Origin: Scyliorhinus canicula | Lineage: Eukaryota | Assembly: GCF_902713615.1 (NCBI RefSeq) | Contig: NW_024055478.1 | Span: forward strand, 926,363 to 983,708 | DNA: 57,346 nucleotides | Direction of reading: 5' to 3' | Made by a program: the position numbers and the translations under genes | Shown: piece after piece, positions 1 to 12,800 of the stretch | Layout of the letters: each line of letters starts with the position of its first letter | Numbering within the stretch: position 1 is the stretch's first letter | The notes under the pieces: model-generated | The model's database searches: none | The model's input: only the letters and a program-made list of their open reading frames with translations | What the model was told of the DNA's origin: nothing

Positions 1-1278
1 ATAGGCCAGCCGGGGTGTGTGTCTCTGGGATGATGGATGTGGTGGGAGAAAGCAGTGCCGCAAGCCCGACGCTCTCAATGCTTAGGGCCTCGTCCATGGT
101 GTGGGGCTGCTCAGTGACAGGAGGGTTGTCCCTGGCCATTTCTGGTGGTGGTGGTGGACTTCGAACCCTCTGTGCGTCCTGGTCTGCAGATTGGGTTGGG
201 GCGGATAGGGCTGCCCGCTGATCGGGCACCCTCTGTTGTGAGACCCCGGGTGAGGTGGCGGCAGATTCCTGTCTCCGTCTGGAGGCAGACGGCCCTGGTC
301 GTTCGGCATCACGTCCTAGGGAAGAGAATGAGATGGGTTATTTCGATTTGCTCGGCAGGCCGCTGGACGGTCCCAGTGGGCAGGGTTTGTGAAGGGACAG
401 AGGATGGGGGAGGTGTCCCAGTGGGCAGGGTTTGTGAAGGGACAGAGGATGGGGGAGGTGTCCCAGTGGGCAGGGTTTGTGAAGGGACAGAGGATGGGGG
501 AGGTGTCCCAGTGGGCAGGGTTTGTGAAGGGACAGAGGATGGGGGAGGTGTCCCAGTGGGCAGGGTTTGTGAAGGGACAGAGGATGGGGGAGGAGGGGGG
601 TGTTTGTCAGGGAGGGTTGTCTCACTTGCTGCAGTTCCGCCAACCTCGCATTGCGCGATATCGCGGGAGGCAGACCCCCCAACAAGGTCCAGTGCCCTCT
701 GTTCAAAAGTGCTGAGGGGGTGCATGTTGGGCGAACCCCCTCCAGTCTTGTGCCGCTCACGGTGGTTATGACCGGCCTTGGCCTGTTTGGGGGAGGGAAC
801 ATAGGTAGATCATTACAAAACGGTAGGTATCAGCAGTCCGTTCAGATACTGGCACAGTTTGGGGGGGGCAAGTTGTCGTCAGACGATTGCATCTCTCCTC
901 GGGGCCAGAGCGCAGGGTCTGTGACAACTTTGTGAACCACCCTCAAATAACTCTGCCCCAATCCCTCTCCACCCCCCCCCCCCCCCGGGCAGTTAAGGGG
1001 GAGGGATGGTTGTGACTAGGGGGCACCCTCATGGCACTTACCCTGGCAGACCTGGTGAGGTCGTGTAGCTTCTTCCGACATTGCTCTGCTGAGCGAGGGG
1101 TCTGCCCCACAGCACTGACGGCAGCAGCCACGTCACGCCAGGCCTGGCGTACCGTGCTGGCAGGTTGGCGATGCACTCTCCGCGGGCGGATGATGCCCCT
1201 CCTCTGCTCCACGGCATCGAGCAGCGCCTCGACGTCTGCATCTGCAAAGCGAGGAGCAGCTCTCCTCGGCTCTGACAT
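1..1278 (-). CDS. Myb/SANT-like DNA-binding protein (Harbinger accessory ORF); exons 1278-1042, 782-626, 315-<1
   Basis: Exon 1 encodes MSEPRRAAPRFADADVEALLDAVEQRR...QAWRDVAAAVSAVGQTPRSAEQCRKKLHDLTRSAR (Myb_DNA-bind_5-like), donor GTAAGT at 1041. Exon 2 follows acceptor CAG and encodes AKAGHNHRERHKTGGGSPNMHPLSTFEQRALDLVG, donor GTGAGA at 625. Exon 3 follows acceptor TAG and stays open to the window edge. Phases are compatible (0, 1). Confidence 0.8.
370..594. repeat. 45-bp tandem repeat x5 in intron 2 of the Myb/SANT gene
   Basis: TCCCAGTGGGCAGGGTTTGTGAAGGGACAGAGGATGGGGGAGGTG recurs at 371, 416, 461, 506, 551. Confidence 0.95.
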
Positions 1279-1548
1279 CCTGCCCGACAGATTCTGTGGT
1301 CGCCCGCGCCTTTTTACGGCGTCGGGCGGCGTCACATGGGCGGGTTCGTGTCGTCGTCGCGTTCCGTCGTCATCCCGCACGTAATTGACGCGGCCGCGCT
1401 ACTAGCCCATTTCCAGGAAGTGAATCCGTCGGGAAATGAAGCCTTCGCGACCGTCGTAAAACGGTCCCGATTTTTACGATGGTTTGCCGACTTTCCGCGG
1501 GTGCGGAGAATTTCGCCCACAATACTTTGGAGTCAACTTCGCTCTGTG

Positions 1549-3830
1549 CCCACGTTAGCACAGGCCTCAATCTCGCTGATACCTAAGAAAGACAAAGACC
1601 CAACGGAATGTGGGTCATACAGACCCATATCTCTGCTGAATGCAGACGCCAAAATACTGGCCAAAATCCTAGCCAAAAGGCTAGAAGACTGTGTACCTGA
1701 GGTGGTCACAGAGGACCAGACGGGCTTTGTCAAAGGTAGACAGCTGACCGCGAACATCAGGCGCCTGCTGAACGTGATAATGACCCCCTCCGGGGAGAGA
1801 ACACAAGAGGTGATCGTCTCCCTGGACGCAGAAAAGGCCTTCGACAGAGTCGAATGGAAATACCTCATAGAGGTACTGGAGCGGTTCGGGCTTGGAACAG
1901 GGTTCACCGCTTGGGTAAAGCTCCTGTACAACGCTCCCATGGCGAGTGTACAGACCAACAATACCAACTCCCAATACTTCCAGCTGCACAGGGGCACCAG
2001 ACAAGGATGCCCACTGTCCCCGCTGCTGTTCGCACTAGCAATCGAACCGCTAGCAATCGCGCTCAGGGCAGCAAAAAATTGGAGGGGGATCCGAAGGGGA
2101 GGTAGAGAGCACAGAGTCTCACTCTATGCGGATGATCTGCTCCTCTATATCTCGGACCCACAAAGCAGCATGGACGGAATCATCGCGCTCCTGAAAGAGT
2201 TTGGAGCCTTCTCGGGCTACAAACTCAACATGAGCAAAAGTGAGATCTTCCCATTACACCCGCAAGGGGGGGGGGGGCAGCACTAAAGGGGCTGCCGTTC
2301 AAACAAGCCCGACATAAATTCCGCTACCTGGGGATCCAAATAGCCCATGACTGGAAAGGGATCCACAAATGGAACCTCACCAGCCTGACGGAGGAAGTTA
2401 AAAAGGACCTGCAAAGATGGAACACACTCCCGCTCTCCCTCGCGGGGAGAGTTCAGACGATCAAAATGAACGTACTGCCCAGGTTCCTCTTCCTGTTTAG
2501 ATCCATTCCGATCTACATCCCCAAGGCCTTTTTCAAAGCGCTGGACAAACTCATCATGGCGTTCGTATGGGGGGGTAAAAATGCTAGGATCCCAAAGAAG
2601 GTCTTACAAAAAACAAAAACCAGGGGAGGGTTAGCCCTCCCGAATCTACAATTCTACCACTGGGCAGCAACAGCCGAGCGAGTAAGGGGATGGATCCAGG
2701 AGCCAGAAGCTGAGTGGGTGCGTGCGGAGGAGGCCTCCTGCATGGGAACCTCCCTCCGGGCCCTCGCCACGGCAGCACTCCCATCCCCACCCAAAAAACA
2801 CTCCAGCAGCCCAGTGGTGACAGCCACCCTCCAATCCTGGAACCAACTGCGGCAGCAACTTGGCCTGACCAAAATGTCGAACAGGGCTCCCATCTGCAAC
2901 AACCATAGGTTCAAACCAGCACTGACCGACGCCACCTTCAAAAGGTGGAGGCAGGACGGGGGGACACTGACAGTCAGGGACCTATACACGGACGACAGGA
3001 TCGCAACACTGGACGAACTGACAGACAAATTTCAGCTAGCTGGGGGGAACGAGCTACGGTACCTGCAGCTCAAAAACTTCCTACGAAAGGAGACAAGGAC
3101 GTACCCACAACCGCCACGACAGACACTACTGGAAGACCTACTGGACGCAAGTATCCTAGAGAAAGGGAACTGTAGTGACATGTATGACCGACTGGTAGAT
3201 AGGGACGACACCGTACTGGACGCAACAAGGAGGAAATGGGAGGACGACCTGGGGATGGAGATCGGGTGGGGACTCTGGAGCGAAGCACTGCATAGGGTCA
3301 ACTCCACCTCCACGTGCGCAAGGCTCAGCCTGACGCAACTAAAAGTGGTACATAGAGCCCACTTAACAAGAACCCGTATGAGTAGGTTCTTCCCGGAGGT
3401 GGAAGACAGATGTGAACGGTGCCAAAGAGGCCCGGCCAACCACGCCCACATGTTCTGGTCCTGCCCCAGACTCGTGGAGTACTGGACAGCCTTCTTCGAG
3501 GTAATGTCCAAAGTGGTGGGAGTGAGGGTGGAGCCATGCCCGATAGTGGCGGTCTTCGGGGTTTCAGAACAGCCAGATCTATTCCTGGGGAGGAGGGCGG
3601 ATGCCCTTGCCTTTGCCTCCCTGATCGCCCGCCGTAGAATCCTGTTTGGCTGGCGGTCAGCAGCACCGCCCAGAGCTGCGGACTGGCTGTCCGACCTCTC
3701 GGAATCTCTCCAAATGGAGAAAATCAAATTTGCCATCCGAGGGTCGGACGACGGCTTCCACAGAACGTGGGAGCCATTCATGCAACTGTTCCGGGACCTA
3801 TTTGTGGCCAATGTACAAGAGGAAGAATAG
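1549..3830 (+). pseudogene. L1 ORF2 (RT plus C-terminal domain), truncated, frameshifted at a G12 tract (2266-2277)
   Basis: ORF-track pieces 1336..2286 and 2466..3830 are consecutive parts of one ORF2. Confidence 0.9.
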
Positions 3831-4110
3831 TCGGGGGAAGGTAGCGGGAGGGGGGGGGGGGGGGGGCTACAGGTTCGTTACGGGGGTTCGATGGCTAGCT
3901 AAGGCCCAAAACCAAGCTAAATAAACATGTTGAGGGGGGGAGGGGGGGGGGGGGGGCGCAGTTACTACTACGAAGATGCTTACCTGTAAATATGTATGTT
4001 AATTTTTGCGTGTTTGTTTTTGTTTGTTTTTTTTTTCTCTCTCCTAACAATTTGTAATTTGTTCAATATAAAATACGAAAACTGAATAAAAACATTTATA
4101 AAAAAAAAAA
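1549..4110 (+). mobile_element. L1-clade non-LTR retrotransposon, 5'-truncated copy 1
   Basis: RT (QGCPLSP, YADD) and C-terminal CERC...HMFWSC zinc knuckle; G-tract 3' UTR, AATAAA and poly(A). TSD (AA)CTTCGCTCTGTG at 1535-1548 and 4109-4122. Confidence 0.95.
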
Positions 4111-6990
4111 CTTCGCTCTGTGGTAGAGAATTCCACAGGTTCACAATATTACCCCTCATCTCAGTATTAAATGGTTTACCCCGTATCCTTAGACTGTGGC
4201 CCCTGGTTCTACCTTCCCCGCCATCGGACACATCCTTTCTGCATCTGCCCTGTCTCGTCCTGTTACAATTTGATCGGTTTATAATCAGAGGGTGGATTTA
4301 ATATTTCATAAATTAGTGTCTTCTGTTTTCTGACCCTCCTGCCAGTGAATCAAGTTTCTTCCTAATTAATCAAACAAAACCCTTCATAATTTTGACAATT
4401 TTTACACGCATCCCATAACCTGCTCGGTTCTAAGGAAAACAATCCAAGCTTCCAACCGCTCTGACCGTGCAGCTCATACAGTGTGAAGACCCAGTTGTAT
4501 ATATTTTTATGCCTTGCTTGTATTCAGATGCTATTCTTGGAATAACTGACATTTTATATGGAGCCAGTGGAATTCCCATTCACCAATACCATCGTGTTAA
4601 AATAAGATGTAAGACGGGGGCAGCATGGTGGTGCAGTTGTTAGCACTGCTGCCTCACGGCGCCAAGGTCCCAGGTTCGATCCCGGCTTTGGGTCCCTGGG
4701 TGTGTGGAGTTTGCACATTCTCCCCGTGTTTCGCCCCCACAACCCAAAGATGTGCAGCGTAGGTGGATTGGCCACGCTAAATTGCCCTTTAATTGGGAAA
4801 AAATAATTGGGTACTCTAAATTTATAAAAGAATAAGTCACAAGACTAATAAAAGACTAACCTCTGAAAATTAAATTGACCCATGTAAGGCTGCACCCAGA
4901 ATTAGAACTTTAGATACACTGAGCAATATCTCAGAATGTAATGTCAAAATGCAAAGCATGATAGGTCTTGTTTTATGAGAATCAATATCACCTCTCACGA
5001 CAGCCTGTGATCAAATATTTTATGTTTTAGTTGTTCCATCTTTTAGATGTGATTATATTACAGCCTTAGGGCTGCTTCGCAATATTGTTGCTGGACTGGT
5101 AATCTGGAGGCCTGAACTATTACTCCAGAGGCAGTACAAATTCCACCAGGGCATATTGCAATGATGTGAGCAGTTTTGGTCTCCTTACCTAAGGATAGAT
5201 ATTTTGGAGGCCGTCCAGAGAAAGTACATGGGTCGAATGGCCAACTTCTGCTCCTACATCTTATAGTTTTATAATTGAATGAATTAATAAGTCGGCAATA
5301 AAAATCGTCGTGTCATTCATAATACTCATGAAGCTCTTGAAATTTCCCAAAGCTCAGCAGGTTCACCAATGTCCTTCAGGAAAATAAATCTTCCCGCCTT
5401 CCCCTGTCTGGACTATATGTAACTAGTTCAGCAATGATGTGGTTGCCGCTTAACTACCTCTGATATTACCGAGCAAGCCAGTCAGTCGAAGAGAATCTGC
5501 TATATAAAGTCAAATGTAAATTCAACTGTGCAAAGTGCACCTTATCTAAAAGGTGGTTCTCATCCGGCTTCACAGGATGGACAGTTAATGCTGACTTTGT
5601 CAGTGAGGGTCATAGGCCGGGAATGAATGTTAAAAATAGTGCAAAGTGCTGCAGAATCCGGAAATCTAAAACAAAAACAAAATAAAAAAGGCTGCTCAGC
5701 AGGTCAGTGAGCATCAGCAGAGAGAGAAACAGATTCACATTTCTAGTGGATTGCCTCATTGACATAATTCTAAAGAGTAGAGCTGATTTTCCCAGTATCC
5801 TCGACCAATGTCCGTTCTTGAACATAAATCACAGATTGGTTGGTCACTGATCACATTTCAGGTTGTGGGATCTTGCTGTGCACAAATTTCCTGCTATGTT
5901 TCCAACATTACAGCAGTGACTAAATTCAGCAAAAATACATCAGTGAGTTTTCAGGGCGTTGGGATGACCTGAGGTCGGGTAAAGCGTTTCACAAAAGCAA
6001 GCGCTTTCCAAATGCTAACATTTTAAAATGCAGGTTGTAAAATTTTGAAAGATCTGAGATTAATGTGACTATAGATCACTCCTCTGCCTGATGTTTTAAT
6101 TTATCTACTTTAAATCGGTTAATATTTCAATCAAATTAGCATTCAGTGGAATAACAGCCTGGTTAAAGATGCTTTATTAATTGAGACATCAGAACTTTCA
6201 GAATTAATACTTAATTCAACTGTATTCTTTAATTCAATTAAGTAACATCTGTTCTAATGGAGGGTTCTATACATTTTAATAGACTGTTAATATTCTTAAA
6301 ATAACCGGCTATTTTGAGTTGAAACTAATCAATAAGTGGCTGTGTTTATCTCGTTTTGCTGACATTGTGCCAGTGAGGTGTTTATGTAAATAAACACAGA
6401 AATAGAAGGCCCAGTTTAGATTGCAGACTGACAAAAACAAAACAACTATTTCCCCGCCGACACAGCACAGAAATAGAGATGAAGATGTAAATAGATGAAC
6501 GGATTCAAGTAGTAATTGTTTTTGGACATTTATTTCTTCATCAGTTATATGAGAAAAATGTCATCATGATATCTATGTTCAGAATGAGGAGAGTTTCCCT
6601 TTAATCTCGAATATTATGACATGCCAAATGTGTTCGTAGAGTTTTCATGTATCTGATATCTGTGTCTTTCTCCCAATCGGTTCTGTCTCATGCCTCTCCA
6701 CGATGGGTCATTTTCTGTAATCGACAAATTGAAGTCAACATGTGCCCAATATATTCTCTCAGCCCGATCACACCCCATTGGCTTCCAACTAAATGGATCT
6801 AATCCAATGAATTGGAATACATAGAGAGAGTTTTCTTCTAAAATGTGGTTGGAGCATTCAATTACCTTGTAGTGTTTCATGAGAACTGTAGAGAAAATTT
6901 TACTCTGTATCTAACCTGAGCTGCACAGAGTGGTGAGGATTTGATGTGGCAGTGTCGAATGATCTTTCCCTATATCTAACCAGTCTGACA
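4111..6990 (+). repeat. Old tandem segmental duplication, copy A
   Basis: Colinear shared anchors with 9895-13330: ATCGGTTTATAATCAGAG (4273/10089), TTCCAACCGCTCTGACCGTGCAGCT (4450/10271), TGGAGCATTCAAT (6850/13185). Confidence 0.85.
4616..4829 (+). mobile_element. tRNA-derived shark SINE (HE1-like)
   Basis: GGGGCAGCATGGTGGTGCAGTTGTTAGCACTGCTGCCTCAC head, GGTTCGATCCC B-box, central TGTGGAGTTTGCACATTCTCCCCGTG; absent from duplicate copy B. Confidence 0.85.
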
Positions 6991-7081
6991 GACATAGATA
7001 GTTTCTTGATTAATAAGGGGATCAGGGGTTATGGGGAGATAACAGGAGATGGGCGATTAGAAACATAACTGGAAAAAATAA

Positions 7082-7270
7082 GGGGCTGGTTTAGCTCACT
7101 CGGCTAAATCGCTGGCTTTTAAAGCAGACCAAGCAGGCCAGCAGCACGGTTCGATTCCCGTACCAGCCTCCCCGGACAGGCGCCGGAATGTGGCGACTAG
7201 GGGCTTTTCACAGTAACTTCATTGAATCCTACTCGTGACAATAAGCGATTTTCAATTTTTCAATTTCAAT
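7082..7270 (+). mobile_element. Second tRNA-derived SINE family
   Basis: GGGGCTGGTTTAGCTCAC head, GGTTCGATTCCC B-box, tail GGCGACTAGGGGCTTTTCACAGTAAC; same family at 12961-13101 and 45431-45612. Confidence 0.8.
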
Positions 7271-7292
7271 AACAGTCATGATTGAATGAGGA

Positions 7293-7512
7293 GGGGCAGC
7301 GCAGTGGCGCAGTGGTTAGCATAGCTGCCTCACAGTGCCGAGGTCGATCCTGTCCCTGGGTCACTGCCCGTGTGGAGTTTGCACATTCTCCCCGTGTTTG
7401 CATGGGTTTCGTCTCCACAACCCAAAAGATGTGCAGGGTAGGTGGATTGGCCACACTAAGTTGCCCCTTCATTGGAAAAAATGAATTGCTGACTCTAAAT
7501 TTATTTTTAAAA
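7293..7512 (+). mobile_element. HE1-like SINE with 15-bp TSD
   Basis: TSD ATGATTGAATGAGGA at 7278-7292 and 7513-7527. Confidence 0.9.
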
Positions 7513-7761
7513 ATGATTGAATGAGGAGCACACTCGATGGGCCTAATGGTCTAGTTCTGCTCATGTGTCTTATGGTTTTATGGTACGAAGACCATCTGTG
7601 GACGATCTTAGAATAGATAGGTGCTTGATTGCCATCGCCGATACGATGGATGGAAGGGCGTCATTCTGTATTGTAAACCTCTAAGACTCCATGGCTCTAT
7701 GACAAGGTCTAAAACGATTATCACTCATACAGGGTGGAGATTAACCTAAACTAATCCAAAA

Positions 7762-8036
7762 ACCTTTATTGCCACAAGTAGGCTTACATTAACACTGCAA
7801 TGAAGCTACTGTCAAAAGCTACTAGTCGCAGCATTTAGGCGCCTGTTCGGGTACACAGAGGGAGAACTCAGAAAGTCAAAGTTACCTAACAGCACGTCAT
7901 TCGGGGCACGTGGGAGGAAACCGGAGAACCAGGAGGAAACCCACACAGAACACAGGGAGAACGTGCAGACTCCGCACAGTGACCCAAGTCAGGAATCGAA
8001 CCTGGGACCACGGCGCTGTGAAGCAACAGTGCCACT
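7762..8036 (-). mobile_element. HE1-like SINE (diverged)
   Basis: Reverse complement of the SINE body and of the tail ...GTAAGCCTACTTGTGGCAATAAAG. Confidence 0.75.
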
Positions 8037-8639
8037 GAGATTGGATCGAGTGCAGTGATTTCTGATACATAGTCCACACTAACATAAACGGAGACAGGTT
8101 CTAGTGCAGAAATTACTGATACAAAGTTTGATTCACCTTAAATGATATAGGACGTCGAGCAGTGATCATTGATTCAGAGTCTGGAATAGTCTAAACTGAG
8201 GTAGGGTCTATTTCGGTCATTGCTGCTGCAGGGTCTGGATTAATATATGTCTAAAGAGTTATTAGGTCAGATGATTGAAAGCTTGGTCGACGAGGCAAGT
8301 TATATGGGATGATTTTTAATCAGGGAATTGAGGTAAAGAGGAGTGTGGAATACGTACCAGAGCTTAGGGCCGAGAATCATGAAGACATTGCAAAGTGAAA
8401 CAATTAATTCCGAAGATAGCATTGCGTCTTGATTGGTTACAGTTGCAATCATTTAGAACAATATTTTTTCCACACCTGCACGAACAGTCAATACGTTTTT
8501 GCAGTGATTTCAATTGCTCTCCTTAGCCAGATGAGAGTTCTATGATTGTCCAGACATTTATTCTGTGGGTACCAATCTGGCGATACTGTGAGACACGGTT
8601 CTGTCTAACACTGCCAGTGCATCAGGTTCTGACGATCCA

Positions 8640-9185
8640 CTCTGCCTATGCTCCTCATAATTTTGTAGACCTCTATCAGGTCGCCGCTCAACCTCCGTCA
8701 TTCCAGTGAGAACAAACCAAGTTTATTCAACCTCTTCTCGTAGCTAATGCCCTCCATACCAGGCAACATTCCGGTAAACCTCTTCTGCACACTCTCAAAC
8801 GCCTCCACATCCTTCTGGTAGTGTGGCGACCAGAATTGAACACTATACTCCAAGTGTGGCCTAACTAAGGTTCTATACAGCTGCAACATGACTTGCCAAT
8901 TTTTAAGCACTATTCTCCAACCAATGAAGGCAAGCATGCCGTATGCCTTCTTGACTACCTTCTCCACCTGTATTGCCCCTTTCAGTGACCTGTGGACGTG
9001 TACACCTAGGTCTCTCTGACTGTCAATACTCTTGAGGGTTCTACCATTCACTGTATATTTTCCACCTGTATTAGACCTTTCATAATGCATGACCTCACAT
9101 TTGTCCGGATTAAACTCCATCTGCCATCTCTCCACCCAAGTCTCCAAACGATCTAAATCCTGCTATGTCCTCTGACAGTCCTCAT
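8640..9185 (-). mobile_element. CR1-clade LINE 3' fragment (RT C-terminus)
   Basis: ORF 8698..9147 WQMEFNPDKCEVMH...RDLGVHVH...LYRTLVRPHLEYSVQFWSP is typical CR1 ORF2. Confidence 0.9.
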
Positions 9186-9894
9186 CGCTATCTGCAATTC
9201 CAGCAACCTTTGTGTGAGAGAGAGTAATTGGACTCGAAACGTCAGCTCTTTTCTCTCCCTACAGATGCTGTCAGACCTGCTGAGATTTTCCAACATTTTC
9301 TCTTTCGCCCTACCAACCTTTATGTCGTCCGTAAACTTACTAATCAGATCAGTTACATTTTCCTCAAAATAATTTAGATATACTACCAACATCAAAGGTC
9401 CCACCACTGGTCCCTGCGGAACACCACGCGTCACAACAAGCAAATATATAAAATAATTTATAATATCGAGACAGACAACAGGAACATGGTCCAGTATAAT
9501 ATTAACAGAGACAGGCCCTGGTGTGATGTAAAGAGACACATTCCAATGGAATATAAAAAAGGCGGAACTTAATGTCATATAATAAGATGCATGGTTTAGT
9601 GTAATATTAATTGAGTGTGGCACAAACAAAACAGTGTAGTATAGACAGGGACAGGATTTACTTTAATATAAATAAAGGCAGAGTCTCATTCAACTTGAGA
9701 AGAAACAGATTTGACGTAATACAGTGACATAGAAAATAGAGCAGGAGTAAACTATTCTGTCCCTGCTCCGCTATTCATTCTGATCATGGTTGGTCATCCA
9801 CATCAGTAACCTGTTTCCACTTTCCCCCCTGTCATTTGGTCCCTTTATAGCTTTGATCCTCAAGAGCTTTATCTAACGCCTTCTTGAAAACATA

Positions 9895-12800
9895 GAATAC
9901 TTTGGACTCAACTTCGTTCTGTTGTATAGAATTCACAGATTCACAAATCTCAGGGTGAAGACATTGCTCCTCAACTCAGTCCTAAATGGTTTACCCCGTA
10001 TCCTTAGACTGTGACACCTTGTTCTAGCTTTTCCAGCCATCGGGACCATCCTTTCTGCATCCGCCCTATCTAATCCTGTTGCAATTTGATCGGTTTATAA
10101 TCAGAGCGGAAAATGAATTAATATCTCATGAATCAGTGTTCTCTGTTTTCTGACCCTTCTTCCAGTGAATTAAGTTTCTTCCTAACTAATCAAACAAAAC
10201 CATTCCGATTTTGACCATTTTCGCCAGGCCTTCCCATAACCTGCTGGGTTATAAGGAAAACAATTCCAGCTTCCAACCGCTCTGACCGTGCAGCTGATGC
10301 TATGAGAAGATCAGGTTGTACATATGTTTCTGCCTTGCTTGCATTTAGATGCTATTTTTGGAATAACTGATATTTTATATGGAGCCAATGGACTTCCCAT
10401 TCACCATTACCATTGTGTCCGAATAAGACCAAGACTAATAAAAGACCAGCCTCTGAAAATCAAATTGACCCAAGTAAGACTGGACCCAGAGTTTGAACTT
10501 TAGATACACTGAGCAAAATGTCAGAATGTCAAAATACAAACCATAATAGGTTAGCAGTCTTGTCTAGTGGAATCCATATCACCTCCCACAACAGATACCT
10601 GAGCCCATGATCCAGACCTGTGATTCAATGCAGGAGGAGTGCATTATGTTCAGTTGTTCCATCTTTTAGATGTGATGATTTCAGTCTTAGGGGTAGTTTC
10701 GCAAGATTATTACAAAACTGGTAATCTGGGGGCCTGAACACTCCAGACACAGGAGTGCAAATTCCTCCAGGGGATATTGTAATGGTGTGAACGGTTTTGG
10801 TCTCCTTATGTAAAGATAGATATTTGGGGACAGTCCTGAGATGGCTTTTTAGGTTTTTCCCGAGAATGGAGGGATTTTCAAAGGCAGGTAGCATTTTACA
10901 GCACAGACAGAGGCTCCTCGGCCCATCGGTACTCTGTCTGTCAGCAAATAAAGAAGAATCCGGCCTTGAATCACAAACCTTGCGGTAAACAGCCAAACAC
11001 GCTGACCAATTGCACCACAGAGACTGACATGAGGAGGGCTAAAGTAGGTTAGGACTACACGCATAGGAGTTTAGAAGAATGAAAGGCGAAGTTACTGATA
11101 TTTATAGTTTTCTCAGGGCACTTGACAGTGTAGATGTTAAAGGTTGTTTCGGCTTGTGGGAGGGTCTAGGACCATAGGGCACAATCTAAGTGTAAGGTGC
11201 CACTCATTTCAGACGAGGATGAGGAGGAATTTCTTCTCTCAGAGGGTAGTGATTCTCTAGAATTCTTTGCCATAGAGAGTTGGCCTGGTCAATAAATATG
11301 TTCAAGGCTCAGACAGACAGATTCTTCATCAGTAAGGGAATCAAGGGTTATGGGGATGACGTGGAAATGTGGAGTTGAGGATTTTAGCAGATTTGCCACG
11401 AACTCATTGAATGGCAGATCAGATTCCATGGGCCGAATGGCCAATTTCTGCTCCTAGATCTTATGGTTTTATGGCAGCTCTAGATACTTTCAATTGAATG
11501 ACTTAATCAATCAGAAAAAAATCGACGTGTCATTTATAATACTTATGAAACTATCGAACTTTTGCAACGCCCAGCAGGTTCAGCAACATCCTTCAGGAGA
11601 AGAAAGCTTCCTCCCTTACTCTGGCCCATATGTGACTCTAGTTCAGCAATGACGTGGTTGACTGTTAACTATCTCTGATATTGCCGAGCAAGCAAGTCAG
11701 TTCAACGGAACATGCTACAGAAAGTCAAATGTCAATAAAATCGCTCGAAGTGCACCTTATTAAAAAGGTGGTTCACATCCGGCTTCTCAGGATGGACAGT
11801 TAATGCTGACTGTGTCGCTGATGGCTATATAGCGAGAATGAATCCAAAACTGTGCAAAGTGCTGCAGATTCTGGAAATCTAAAACAAAATCAACAAAAAA
11901 GGCTGCTCAGCAAGTCAGTGAGCATCAGCAGAGAGAGGACCAGAGTCACATTTCGGGTGGATTACCTCACTGATATAATTCTAAAGAGCAGAGCTGCTTT
12001 TCCCAGTATCTTGGACCAATGTCCGTTCTTCACCTAAAATCACAGATTAGTTGGTCACTTATCCCATCTCCATTTGTGGGAGCTTGCTGTGCACAAATGC
12101 CCTGCTCTGTTTCCAACATTGGAGCAGAGACTAAATTCAGCAAAAATATATCAGTGAGTTTTAAGGGCGTTGGGATGACCTGAGGTCGGGTAAAGTGTTT
12201 TACAAAATCAAGCTCTTTCCAAATGTTAACATTTTTAAATGCAGGTTGTAATATGTCGCAAGATCTGAGATTGATGTGACTATGGGTCACTCCTCTGCTT
12301 GATGTTTTAATCTATCTACTTTAAATAGGTTAATATTTCAATCAATTTAACATTCAGTGGAAAAGTAGCTGGTTAAAGATGCTTTATTAATTGAGGCTTC
12401 ATAACTTTCAGAATGAATACTTTATTTAAAGTATGTTTTATTTGAATTAAGTAACATCTGTTCTAATGGAAGTTTCTATTCATTTTAACCAACTGTCAAT
12501 ATTCTGAAAATAAACCGCTATTTTGAGTTGAAACTAATCAATGAGTGACTGTGTTTATCTCATTTTGCTGACATGAACACTTCATTGTGACCAGTGGGGG
12601 TTTTATGTAAATAAACACAGAAATAGAAGTTCCAGATTAGATTGCGGACTGAGAAAAGCAAAACAAATGTTTCCCCACCAACACAGCACAGAAATAGAGA
12701 CAAAATTGCAAATAGATCAATGGATTCCAGTAGTGTTTGTTTTTCGACATTTTTTTATTCATCGGTTATATGAGAAAAATGTAATTATGATATCCATGTT

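Larger units (their letters stand above)
1..1518 (-). mobile_element. End of a PIF/Harbinger-type DNA transposon (continues beyond the left window edge)
   Basis: Carries a spliced Myb/SANT-like gene typical of Harbinger elements. CpG-rich subterminal region. Ends abruptly at 1518 with a minus-strand terminus GGGCGAAATTCTCCGCACC; flanking sequence then matches the uninterrupted paralogous block at ~9895. The other TIR and the transposase are not in the window. Confidence 0.7.

Noticed and set aside
1336-2286. 316-aa ORF as a novel RT fusion protein
   Set aside because: Chance read-through from the antisense Harbinger subterminal DNA into the truncated L1; the junction is marked by the TSD.
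3032-3811. 259-aa antisense ORF present in both L1 copies, and antisense ORFs in Penelope
   Set aside because: Shadows of the sense ORF; identical only because the copies are near-identical.
4616-4700. tRNA-like heads (also 7082, 7293, 14447, 48588)
   Set aside because: They continue into SINE bodies with tails and TSDs; no complete cloverleaf.
9224-9310. Possible additional hammerhead (GGACTCGAAACGTC)
   Set aside because: The upstream CUGANGA half is missing; only a fragment of a different terminal repeat remains.
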